NCBI GenBank assembly: GCA_964057225.1
Contig: OZ059897.1
Span: forward strand, 22,568,001-22,632,000
Direction: 5' to 3'
DNA: 64,000 nucleotides
Origin: Auanema rhodensis
Taxonomy: Eukaryota > Animalia > Nematoda
A model generated the notes under the pieces. It did not search any database. It was not told where the DNA came from and saw only the letters and a list, made by a program, of their open reading frames with translations. Position numbers and translations under genes: made by a program. Positions 11,268 to 24,633 of this stretch are shown here, piece after piece. Each line of letters starts with the position of its first letter. The first letter of the stretch is position 1.

Positions 11268-14259
11268 GTTACATACCAAGTGCACATCACGTGTACATTT
11301 AATTAGCATAAATTAAAGTTCACGTAAATTTCAAAGTCATGGTTACCATGCACCAATATCAATAAAAATTTGTTTTTAGACTAATATGGACATGGGGAAT
11401 CTAATTTTGAAAACCGCATCTCTTTATCTTTCACGTGAAGCGAGTTACATACCAAGTGCACATCACGTGTACATTTAATTAGCATAAATTAAAGTTCACG
11501 TAAATTTCAAAGTCATGGTTACCATGAACCAATATCAATAAAAATTTGTTTTTAGACTAATATGGACATGGGGAATCTAATTTTGAAAACCGCATCTCTT
11601 TATCTTTCACGTGAAGCGAGTTACATACCAAGTGCACATCACGTGTACATTTAATTAGCATAAATTAAAGTTCACGTAAATTTCAAAGTCATGGTTACCA
11701 TGCACCAATATCAATAAAAATTTGTTTTTAGACTAATATGGACATGGGGAATCTAATTTTGAAAACCGCATCTCTTTATCTTTCACGTGAAGCGAGTTAC
11801 ATACCAAGTGCACATCACGTGTACATTTAATTAGCATAAATTAAAGTTCACGTAAATTTCAAAGTCATGGTTACCATGCACCAATATCAATAAAAATTTG
11901 TTTTTAGACTAATATGGACATGGGGAATCTAATTTTGAAAACCGCATCTCTTTATCTTTCACGTGAAGCGAGTTACATACCAAGTGCACATCACGTGTAC
12001 ATTTAATTAGCATAAATTAAAGTTCACGTAAATTTCAAAGTCATGGTTACCATGAACCAATATCAATAAAAATTTGTTTTTAGACTAATATGGACATGGG
12101 GAATCTAATTTTGAAAACCGCATCTCTTTATCTTTCACGTGAAGCGAGTTACATACCAAGTGCACATCACGTATACATTTAATTAGCATAAATTAAAGTT
12201 CACGTAAATTTCAAAGTCATGGTTACCATTAGCCAATATCAATAAAAATTTGTTTTTAGACTAATATGGACATGGGGAATCTAATTTTGAAAACCGCATC
12301 TCTTTATCTTTCACGTGAAGCGAGTTACATACCAAGTGCACATCACGTGTACATTTAATTAGCATAAATTAAAGTTCACGTAAATTTCAAAGTCATGGTT
12401 ACCATGCACCAATATCAATAAAAATTTGTTTTTAGACTAATATGGACATGGGGAATCTAATTTTGAAAACCGCATCTCTTTATCTTTCACGTGAAGCGAG
12501 TTACATACCAAGTGCACATCACGTGTACATTTAATTAGCATAAATTAAAGTTCACGTAAATTTCAAAGTCATGGTTACCATGCACCAATATCAATAAAAA
12601 TTTGTTTTTAGACTAATATGGACATGGGGAATCTAATTTTGAAAACCGCATCTCTTCATCTTTCACGTGAAGCGAGTTACATACCAAGTGCACATCACGT
12701 GTACATTTAATTAGCATAAATTAAAGTTCACGTAAATTTCAAAGTCATGGTTACCATGCACCAATATCAATAAAAATTTGTTTTTAAACTAATATGGACA
12801 TGGGGAATCTAATTTTGAAAACCGCATCTCTTTATCTTTCACGTGAAGCGAGTTACATACCAAGTGCACATCACGTGTACATTTAATTAGCATAAATTAA
12901 AGTTCACGTAAATTTCAAAGTCATGGTTACCATGCACCAATATCAATAAAAATTTGTTTTTAGACTAATATGGACATGGGAAATCTAATTTTGAAAACCG
13001 CATCTCTTTATCTTTCACGTGAAGCGAGTTACATACCAAGTGCACATCACGTGTACATTTAATTAGCATAAATTAAAGTTCACGTAAATTTCAAAGTCAT
13101 GGTTACCATGAACCAATATCAATAAAAATTTGTTTTTAGACTAATATGGACATGGGGAATCTAATTTTGAAAACCGCATCTCCTTATCTTTCACGTGAAG
13201 CGAGTTACATACCAAGTGCACATCACGTGTACATTTAATTAGCATAAATTAAAGTTCACGTAAATTTCAAAGTCATGGTTACCATGCACCAATATCAATA
13301 AAAATTTGTTTTTAGACTAATATGGACATGGGGAATCTAATTTTGAAAACCGCATCTTTTTATCTTTCACGTGAAGCGAGTTACATACCAAGTGCACATC
13401 ACGTGTACATTTAATTAGCATAAATTAAAGTTCACGTAAATTTCAAAGTCATGGTTACCATGCACCAATATCAATAAAAATTTGTTTTTAAACTAATATG
13501 GACATGGGGAATCTAATTTTGAAAACCGCATCTCTTTATCTTTCACGTGAAGCGAGTTACATACCAAGTGCACATCACGTGTACATTTAATTAGCATAAA
13601 TTAAAGTTCACGTAAATTTCAAAGTCATGGTTACCATGCACCAATATCAATAAAAATTTGTTTTTAGACTAATATGGACATGGGGAATCTAATTTTGAAA
13701 ACCGCATCTCTTTATCTTTCACGTGAAGCGAGTTACATACCAAGTGCACATCACGTGTACATTTAATTAGCATAAATTAAAGTTCACGTAAATTTCAAAG
13801 TCATGGTTACCATGAACCAATATCAATAAAAATTTGTTTTTAGACTAATATGGACATGGGGAATCTAATTTTGAAAACCGCATCTCTTTATCTTTCACGT
13901 GAAGCGAGTTACATACCAAGTGCACATCACGTATACATTTAATTAGCATAAATTAAAGTTCACGTAAATTTCAAAGTCATGGTTACCATGCACAAATATC
14001 AATAAAAATTTGTTTTTAGACTAATATGGACATGGGGAATCTAATTTTGAAAACCGCATCTCTTTATCTTTCACGTGAAGCGAGTTACATACCAAGTGCA
14101 CATCACGTGTACATTTAATTAGCATAAATTAAAGTTCACGTAAATTTCAAAGTCATGGTTACCATGCACCAATATCAATAAAAATTTGTTTTTAGACTAA
14201 TATGGACATGGGGAATCTAATTTTGAAAACCGCATCTCTTTATCTTTCACGTGAAGCGA

Positions 14260-17200
14260 GTTACATACCAAGAGCACATCACGTGTACATTTAATTAGCA
14301 TAAATTAAAGTTCACGTAAATTTCAAAGTCATGGTTACCATGAACCAATATCAATAAAAATTTGTTTTTAGACTAATATGGACATGGGGAATCTAATTTT
14401 GAAAACCGCATCTCTTCATCTTTCACGTGAAGCGAGTTACATACCAAGTGCACATCACGTGTACATTTAATTAGCATAAATTAAAGTTCACGTAAATTTC
14501 AAAGTCATGGTTACCATGCACCAATATCAATAAAAATTTGTTTTTAGACTAATATGGACATGGGGAATCTAATTTTGAAAACCGCATCTCTTTATCTTTC
14601 ACGTGAAGCGAGTTACATACCAAGTGCACATCACGTGTACATTTAATTAGCATAAATTAAAGTTCACGTAAATTTCAAAGTCATGGTTACCATGAAGCAA
14701 TATCAATAAAAATTTGTTTTTAGACTAATATGGACATGGGGAATCTAATTTTGAAAACCGCATCTCTTTATCTTTCACGTGAAGCGAGTTACATACCAAG
14801 TGCACATCACGTGTACATTTAATTAGCATTAATTAAAGTTCACGTAAATTTCAAAGTCATGGTTACCATGAACCAATATCAATAAAAATTTGTTTTTAGA
14901 CTAATATGGACATGGGGAATCTAATTTTGGAAACCGCATCTCTTTATCTTTCACGTGAAGCGAGTTACATACCAAGTGCACATCACGTGTACATTTAATT
15001 AGCATAAATTAAAGTTCACGTAAATTTCAAAGTCATAGTTACCATGAAGCAATATCAATAAAAATTTGTTTTTAGACTAATATGGACATGGGGAATCTAA
15101 TTTTGAAAACCGCATCTCTTTATCTTTCACGTGAAGCGAGTTACATACCAAGTGCACATCACGTGTACATTTATTTAGCATAAATTAAAGTTCACGTAAA
15201 TTTCAAAGTCATGGTTACCATGAACCAATATCAATAAAAATTTGTTTTTAGACTAATATGGACATGGGGAATCTAATTTTGAAAACCGCATTTCTTTATC
15301 TTTCACGTGAAGCGAGTTACATACCAAGAGCACATCACGTGTACATTTAATTAGCATAAATTAAAGTTCACGTAAATTTCAAAGTCATGGTTACCATGAA
15401 GCAATATCAATAAAAATTTGTTTTTAGACTAATATGGACATGGGGAATCTAATTTTGAAAACCGCATCTCTTTATCTTTCACGTGAAGCGAGTTACATAC
15501 CAAGTGCACATCACGTGTACATTTAATTAGCATAAATTAAAGTTCACGTAAATTTCAAAGTCATGGTTACCATGAAGCAATATCAATAAAAATTTGTTTT
15601 TAGACTAATATGGACATGGGGAATCTAATTTTGAAAACCGCATCTCTTCATCTTTCACGTGAAGCGAGTTACATACCAAGTGCACATCACGTGTACATTT
15701 AATTAGCATTAATTAAAGTTCACGTAAATTTCAAAGTCATGGTTACCATGAACCAATATCAATAAAAATTTGTTTTTAGACTAATATAGACATGGGGAAT
15801 CTAATTTTGAAAACCGCATCTCTTTATCTTTCACGTGAAGCGAGTTACATACCAAGTGCACATCACGTGTACATTTAATTAGCATAAATTAAAGTTCACG
15901 TAAATTTCAAAGTCATGGTTACCATGAACCAATATCAATAAAAATTTGTTTTTAGACTAATATGGACATGGGGAATCTAATTTTGAGAACCGCATCTCTT
16001 TATCTTTCACGTGAAGCGAGTTACATACCAAGTGCACATCACGTGTACATTTAATTAGCATAAATTAAAGTTCACGTAAATTTCAAAGTCATGGTTACCA
16101 TGAACCAATATCAATAAAAATTTGTTTTTAGACTAATATGGACATGGGGAATCTAATTTTGAAAACCGCATCTCTTTATCTTTCACGTGAAGCGAGTTAC
16201 ATACCAAGTGCACATCACGTGTACATTTAATTAGCATAAATTAAAGTTCACGTAAATTTCAAAGTCATGGTTACCATGAACCAATATCAATAAAAATTTG
16301 TTCTTAGACTAATATGGACATGGGGAATCTAATTTTGAAAACCGCATCTCTTTATCTTTCACGTGAAGCGAGTTACATACCAAGTGCACATCACGTGTAC
16401 ATTTAATTAGCATAAATTAAAGTTCACGTAAATTTCAAAGTCATGGTTACCATGCACAAATATCAATAAAAATTTGTTTTTAGACTAATATGGACATGGG
16501 GAATCTAATTTTGAAAACCGCATCTCTTTATCTTTCACGTGAAGCGAGTTACATATCAAGTGCACATCACGTGTACATTTAATTAGCATAAATTAAAGTT
16601 CACGTAAATTTCAAAGTCATGGTTACCATGCACCAATATCAATAAAAATTTGTTTTTAGACTAATATGGACATGGGGAATCTAATTTTGAAAACCGCATC
16701 TCTTTATCTTTCACGTGAAGCGAGTTACATACCAAGAGCACATCACGTGTACATTTAATTAGCATAAATTAAAGTTCACGTAAATTTCAAAGTCATGGTT
16801 ACCATGAACCAATATCAATAAAAATTTGTTTTTAGACTAATATGGACATGGGGAATCTAATTTTGAAAACCGCATCTCTTTATCTTTCACGTGAAGCGAG
16901 TTACATACCAAGTGCACATCACGTGTACATTTAATTAGCATAAATTAAAGTTCACGTAAATTTCAAAGTCATGGTTACCATGAACCAATATCAATAAAAA
17001 TTTGTTTTTAGACTAATATGGACATGGGGAATCTAATTTTGAAAACCGCATCTCTTTATCTTTCACGTGAAGCGAGTTACATACCAAGTGCACATCACGT
17101 GTACATTTAATTAGCATAAATTAAAGTTCACGTAAATTTCAAAGTCATGGTTACCATGAACCAATATCAATAAAAATTTGTTTTTAGACTAATATGGACA

Positions 17201-20200
17201 TGGGGAATCTAATTTTGAAAACCGCATCTCTTTATCTTTCACGTGAAGCGAGTTACATACCAAGTGCAAATCACGTGTACATTTAATTAGCATAAATTAA
17301 AGTTCACGTAAATTTCAAAGTCATGGTTACCATGAACCAATATCAATAAAAATTTGTTTTTAGACTAATATGGACATGGGGAATCTAATTTTGAAAACCG
17401 CATCTCTTTATCTTTCACGTGAAGCGAGTTACATACCAAGTGCACATCACGTGTACATTTAATTAGCATAAATTAAAGTTCACGTAAATTTCAAAGTCAT
17501 GGTTACCATGAACCAATATCAATAAAAATTTGTTTTTAGACTAATATGGACATGGGGAATCTAATTTTGAAAACCGCATCTCTTTATCTTTCACGTGAAG
17601 CGAGTTACATACCAAGTGCACATCACGTGTACATTTAATTAGCATAAATTAAAGTTCACGTAAATTTCAAAGTCATGGTTACCATGCACAAATATCAATA
17701 AAAATTTGTTTTTAGACTAATATGGACATGGGGAATCTAATTTTGAAAACCGCATCTCTTTATCTTTCACGTGAAGCGAGTTACATACCAAGTGCACATC
17801 ACGTGTACATTTAATTAGCATAAATTAAAGTTCACGTAAATTTCAAAGTCATGGTTACCATGCACCAATATCAATAAAAATTTGTTTTTAGACTAATATG
17901 GACATGGGGAATCTAATTTTGAAAACCGCATCTCTTTATCTTTCACGTGAAGCGAGTTACATACCAAGTGCACATCACGTGTACATTTAATTAGCATTAA
18001 TTAAAGTTCACGTAAATTTCAAAGTCATGGTTACCATGCACCAATATCAATAAAAATTTGTTTTTAGACTAATATGGACATGGGGAATCTAATTTTGAAA
18101 ACCGCATCTCTTTATCTTTCACGTGAAGCGAGTTACATACCAAGAGCACATCACGTGTACATTTAATTAGCATAAATTAAAGTTCACGTAAATTTCAAAG
18201 TCATGGTTACCATGAACCAATATCAATAAAAATTTGTTTTTAGACTAATATGGACATGGGGAATCTAATTTTGAAAACCGCATCTCTTCATCTTTCACGT
18301 GAAGCGAGTTACATACCAAGTGCACATCACGTGTACATTTAATTAGCATAAATTAAAGTTCACGTAAATTTCAAAGTCATGGTTACCATGCACCAATATC
18401 AATAAAAATTTGTTTTTAGACTAATATGGACATGGGGAATCTAATTTTGAAAACCGCATCTCTTTATCTTTCACGTGAAGCGAGTTACATACCAAGTGCA
18501 CATCACGTGTACATTTAATTAGCATAAATTAAAGTTCACGTAAATTTCAAAGTCATGGTTACCATGAAGCAATATCAATAAAAATTTGTTTTTAGACTAA
18601 TATGGACATGGGGAATCTAATTTTGAAAACCGCATCTCTTTATCTTTCACGTGAAGCGAGTTACATACCAAGTGCACATCACGTGTACATTTAATTAGCA
18701 TTAATTAAAGTTCACGTAAATTTCAAAGTCATGGTTACCATGAACCAATATCAATAAAAATTTGTTTTTAGACTAATATGGACATGGGGAATCTAATTTT
18801 GGAAACCGCATCTCTTTATCTTTCACGTGAAGCGAGTTACATACCAAGTGCACATCACGTGTACATTTAATTAGCATAAATTAAAGTTCACGTAAATTTC
18901 AAAGTCATAGTTACCATGAAGCAATATCAATAAAAATTTGTTTTTAGACTAATATGGACATGGGGAATCTAATTTTGAAAACCGCATCTCTTTATCTTTC
19001 ACGTGAAGCGAGTTACATACCAAGTGCACATCACGTGTACATTTATTTAGCATAAATTAAAGTTCACGTAAATTTCAAAGTCATGGTTACCATGAACCAA
19101 TATCAATAAAAATTTGTTTTTAGACTAATATGGACATGGGGAATCTAATTTTGAAAACCGCATTTCTTTATCTTTCACGTGAAGCGAGTTACATACCAAG
19201 AGCACATCACGTGTACATTTAATTAGCATAAATTAAAGTTCACGTAAATTTCAAAGTCATGGTTACCATGAAGCAATATCAATAAAAATTTGTTTTTAGA
19301 CTAATATGGACATGGGGAATCTAATTTTGAAAACCGCATCTCTTTATCTTTCACGTGAAGCGAGTTACATACCAAGTGCACATCACGTGTACATTTAATT
19401 AGCATAAATTAAAGTTCACGTAAATTTCAAAGTCATGGTTACCATGAAGCAATATCAATAAAAATTTGTTTTTAGACTAATATGGACATGGGGAATCTAA
19501 TTTTGAAAACCGCATCTCTTCATCTTTCACGTGAAGCGAGTTACATACCAAGTGCACATCACGTGTACATTTAATTAGCATTAATTAAAGTTCACGTAAA
19601 TTTCAAAGTCATGGTTACCATGAACCAATATCAATAAAAATTTGTTTTTAGACTAATATAGACATGGGGAATCTAATTTTGAAAACCGCATCTCTTTATC
19701 TTTCACGTGAAGCGAGTTACATACCAAGTGCACATCACGTGTACATTTAATTAGCATAAATTAAAGTTCACGTAAATTTCAAAGTCATGGTTACCATGAA
19801 CCAATATCAATAAAAATTTGTTTTTAGACTAATATGGACATGGGGAATCTAATTTTGAGAACCGCATCTCTTTATCTTTCACGTGAAGCGAGTTACATAC
19901 CAAGTGCACATCACGTGTACATTTAATTAGCATAAATTAAAGTTCACGTAAATTTCAAAGTCATGGTTACCATGAACCAATATCAATAAAAATTTGTTTT
20001 TAGACTAATATGGACATGGGGAATCTAATTTTGAAAACCGCATCTCTTTATCTTTCACGTGAAGCGAGTTACATACCAAGTGCACATCACGTGTACATTT
20101 AATTAGCATAAATTAAAGTTCACGTAAATTTCAAAGTCATGGTTACCATGAACCAATATCAATAAAAATTTGTTCTTAGACTAATATGGACATGGGGAAT

Positions 20201-20595
20201 CTAATTTTGAAAACCGCATCTCTTTATCTTTCACGTGAAGCGAGTTACATACCAAGTGCACATCACGTGTACATTTAATTAGCATAAATTAAAGTTCACG
20301 TAAATTTCAAAGTCATGGTTACCATGCACAAATATCAATAAAAATTTGTTTTTAGACTAATATGGACATGGGGAATCTAATTTTGAAAACCGCATCTCTT
20401 TATCTTTCACGTGAAGCGAGTTACATACCAAGTGCACATCACGTGTACATTTAATTAGCATAAATTAAAGTTCACGTAAATTTCAAAGTCATGGTTACCA
20501 TGCACCAATATCAATAAAAATTTGTTTTTAGACTAATATGGACATGGGGAATCTAATTTTGAAAACCGCATCTCTTTATCTTTCACGTGAAGCGA
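14260..20595. repeat. Duplicated ~14-monomer block (14260-16723 and 18132-20595), offset 22 monomers
   Basis: AGAGCAC 14273/18145, TTGGAAAC 14930/18802 and GTTCTT 16303/20175, all offset by 3872 bp. Confidence 0.88.
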
Positions 20596-23500
20596 GTTAC
20601 ATACCAAGTGCACATCACGTGTACATTTAATTAGCATAAATTAAAGTTCACGTAAATTTCAAAGTCATGGTTACCATGAAGCAATATCAATAAAAATTTG
20701 TTTTTAGACTAATATGGACATGGGGAATCTAATTTTGAAAACCGCATCTCTTTATCTTTCACGTGAAGCGAGTTACATACCAAGTGCACATCACGTGTAC
20801 ATTTAATTAGCATTAATTAAAGTTCACGTAAATTTCAAAGTCATGGTTACCATGAACCAATATCAATAAAAATTTGTTTTTAGACTAATATGGACATGGG
20901 GAATCTAATTTTGGAAACCGCATCTCTTTATCTTTCACGTGAAGCGAGTTACATACCAAGTGCACATCACGTGTACATTTAATTAGCATAAATTAAAGTT
21001 CACGTAAATTTCAAAGTCATAGTTACCATGAAGCAATATCAATAAAAATTTGTTTTTAGACTAATATGGACATGGGGAATCTAATTTTGAAAACCGCATC
21101 TCTTTATCTTTCACGTGAAGCGAGTTACATACCAAGTGCACATCACGTGTACATTTATTTAGCATAAATTAAAGTTCACGTAAATTTCAAAGTCATGGTT
21201 ACCATGAACCAATATCAATAAAAATTTGTTTTTAGACTAATATGGACATGGGGAATCTAATTTTGAAAACCGCATTTCTTTATCTTTCACGTGAAGCGAG
21301 TTACATACCAAGAGCACATCACGTGTACATTTAATTAGCATAAATTAAAGTTCACGTAAATTTCAAAGTCATGGTTACCATGAAGCAATATCAATAAAAA
21401 TTTGTTTTTAGACTAATATGGACATGGGGAATCTAATTTTGAAAACCGCATCTCTTTATCTTTCACGTGAAGCGAGTTACATACCAAGTGCACATCACGT
21501 GTACATTTAATTAGCATAAATTAAAGTTCACGTAAATTTCAAAGTCATAGTTACCATGAAGCAATATCAATAAAAATTTGTTTTTAGACTAATATGGACA
21601 TGGGGAATCTAATTTTGAAAACCGCATCTCTTTATCTTTCACGTGAAGCGAGTTACATACCAAGTGCACATCACGTGTACATTTATTTAGCATAAATTAA
21701 AGTTCACGTAAATTTCAAAGTCATGGTTACCATGAACCAATATCAATAAAAATTTGTTTTTAGACTAATATGGACATGGGGAATCTAATTTTGAAAACCG
21801 CATTTCTTTATCTTTCACGTGAAGCGAGTTACATACCAAGAGCACATCACGTGTACATTTAATTAGCATAAATTAAAGTTCACGTAAATTTCAAAGTCAT
21901 GGTTACCATGAAGCAATATCAATAAAAATTTGTTTTTAGACTAATATGGACATGGGGAATCTAATTTTGAAAACCGCATCTCTTTATCTTTCACGTGAAG
22001 CGAGTTACATACCAAGTGCACATCACGTGTACATTTAATTAGCATAAATTAAAGTTCACGTAAATTTCAAAGTCATGGTTACCATGAAGCAATATCAATA
22101 AAAATTTGTTTTTAGACTAATATGGACATGGGGAATCTAATTTTGAAAACCGCATCTCTTCATCTTTCACGTGAAGCGAGTTACATACCAAGTGCACATC
22201 ACGTGTACATTTAATTAGCATTAATTAAAGTTCACGTAAATTTCAAAGTCATGGTTACCATGAACCAATATCAATAAAAATTTGTTTTTAGACTAATATA
22301 GACATGGGGAATCTAATTTTGAAAACCGCATCTCTTTATCTTTCACGTGAAGCGAGTTACATACCAAGTGCACATCACGTGTACATTTAATTAGCATAAA
22401 TTAAAGTTCACGTAAATTTCAAAGTCATGGTTACCATGAACCAATATCAATAAAAATTTGTTTTTAGACTAATATGGACATGGGGAATCTAATTTTGAGA
22501 ACCGCATCTCTTTATCTTTCACGTGAAGCGAGTTACATACCAAGTGCACATCACGTGTACATTTAATTAGCATAAATTAAAGTTCACGTAAATTTCAAAG
22601 TCATGGTTACCATGAACCAATATCAATAAAAATTTGTTTTTAGACTAATATGGACATGGGGAATCTAATTTTGAAAACCGCATCTCTTTATCTTTCACGT
22701 GAAGCGAGTTACATACCAAGTGCACATCACGTGTACATTTAATTAGCATAAATTAAAGTTCACGTAAATTTCAAAGTCATGGTTACCATGAACCAATATC
22801 AATAAAAATTTGTTTTTAGACTAATATGGACATGGGGAATCTAATTTTGAAAACCGCATCTCTTTATCTTTCACGTGAAGCGAGTTACATACCAAGTGCA
22901 CATCACGTGTACATTTAATTAGCATAAATTAAAGTTCACGTAAATTTCAAAGTCATGGTTACCATGTACCAATATCAATAAAAATTTGTTTTTAGACTAA
23001 TATGGACATGGGGAATCTAATTTTGAAAACCGCATCTCTTTATCTTTCACGTGAAGCGAGTTACATACCAAGTGCACATCACGTGTACATTTAATTAGCA
23101 TAAATTAAAGTTCACGTAAATTTCAAAGTCATGGTTACCATGAAGCAATATCAATAAAAATTTGTTTTTAGACTAATATGGACATGGGGAATCTAATTTT
23201 GAAAACCGCATCTCTTCATCTTTCACGTGAAGCGAGTTACATACCGAGTGCACATCACGTGTACATTTAATTAGCATTAATTAAAGTTCACGTAAATTTC
23301 AAAGTCATGGTTACCATGAACCAATATCAATAAAAATTTGTTTTTAGACTAATATAGACATGGGGAATCTAATTTTGAAAACCGCATCTCTTTATCTTTC
23401 ACGTGAAGCGAGTTACATACCAAGTGCACATCACGTGTACATTTAATTAGCATAAATTAAAGTTCACGTAAATTTCAAAGTCATGGTTACCATGAACCAA

Positions 23501-24467
23501 TATCAATAAAAATTTGTTTTTAGACTAATATGGACATGGGGAATCTAATTTTGAGAACCGCATCTCTTTATCTTTCACGTGAAGCGAGTTACATACCAAG
23601 TGCACATCACGTGTACATTTAATTAGCATAAATTAAAGTTCACGTAAATTTCAAAGTCATGGTTACCATGAACCAATATCAATAAAAATTTGTTTTTAGA
23701 CTAATATGGACATGGGGAATCTAATTTTGAAAACCGCATCTCTTTATCTTTCACGTGAAGCGAGTTACATACCAAGTGCACATCACGTGTACATTTAATT
23801 AGCATAAATTAAAGTTCACGTAAATTTCAAAGTCATGGTTACCATGAACCAATATCAATAAAAATTTGTTTTTAGACTAATATGGACATGGGGAATCTAA
23901 TTTTGAAAACCGCATCTCTTTATCTTTCACGTGAAGCGAGTTACATACCAAGTGCACATCACGTGTACATTTAATTAGCATAAATTAAAGTTCACGTAAA
24001 TTTCAAAGTCATGGTTACCATGAACCAATATCAATAAAAATTTGTTTTTAGACTAATATGGACATGGGGAATCTAATTTTGAAAACCGCATCTCTTTATC
24101 TTTCACGTGAAGCGAGTTACATACCAAGTGCACATCACGTGTACATTTAATTAGCATAAATTAAAGTTCACGTAAATTTCAAAGTCATGGTTACCATGTA
24201 CCAATATCAATAAAAATTTGTTTTTAGACTAATATGGACATGGGGAATCTAATTTTGAAAACCGCATCTCTTTATCTTTCACGTGAAGCGAGTTACATAC
24301 CAAGTGCACATCACGTGTACATTTAATTAGCATAAATTAAAGTTCACGTAAATTTCAAAGTCATGGTTACCATGAACCAATATCAATAAAAATTTGTTTT
24401 TAGACTAATATGGACATGGGGAATCTAATTTTGAAAACCGCATCTCTTTATCTTTCACGTGAAGCGA

Positions 24468-24633
24468 GTTACATACCAAGTGCACATCACGTGTACATTT
24501 AATTAGCATAAATTAAAGTTTCAAAGTCATGGTTACCATGCACCAATATCAATAAAAATTTGTTTTTAGACTAATATGGACATGGGGAATCTAATTTTGA
24601 AAACCGCATCTCTTTATCTTTCACGTGAAGCGA
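24468..24633 (+). repeat. 166-bp variant monomer (10-bp deletion of CACGTAAATT)
   Basis: AATTAAAGTT|TCAAAGTCAT at 24511-24530, with a register shift of -10. Confidence 0.95.
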
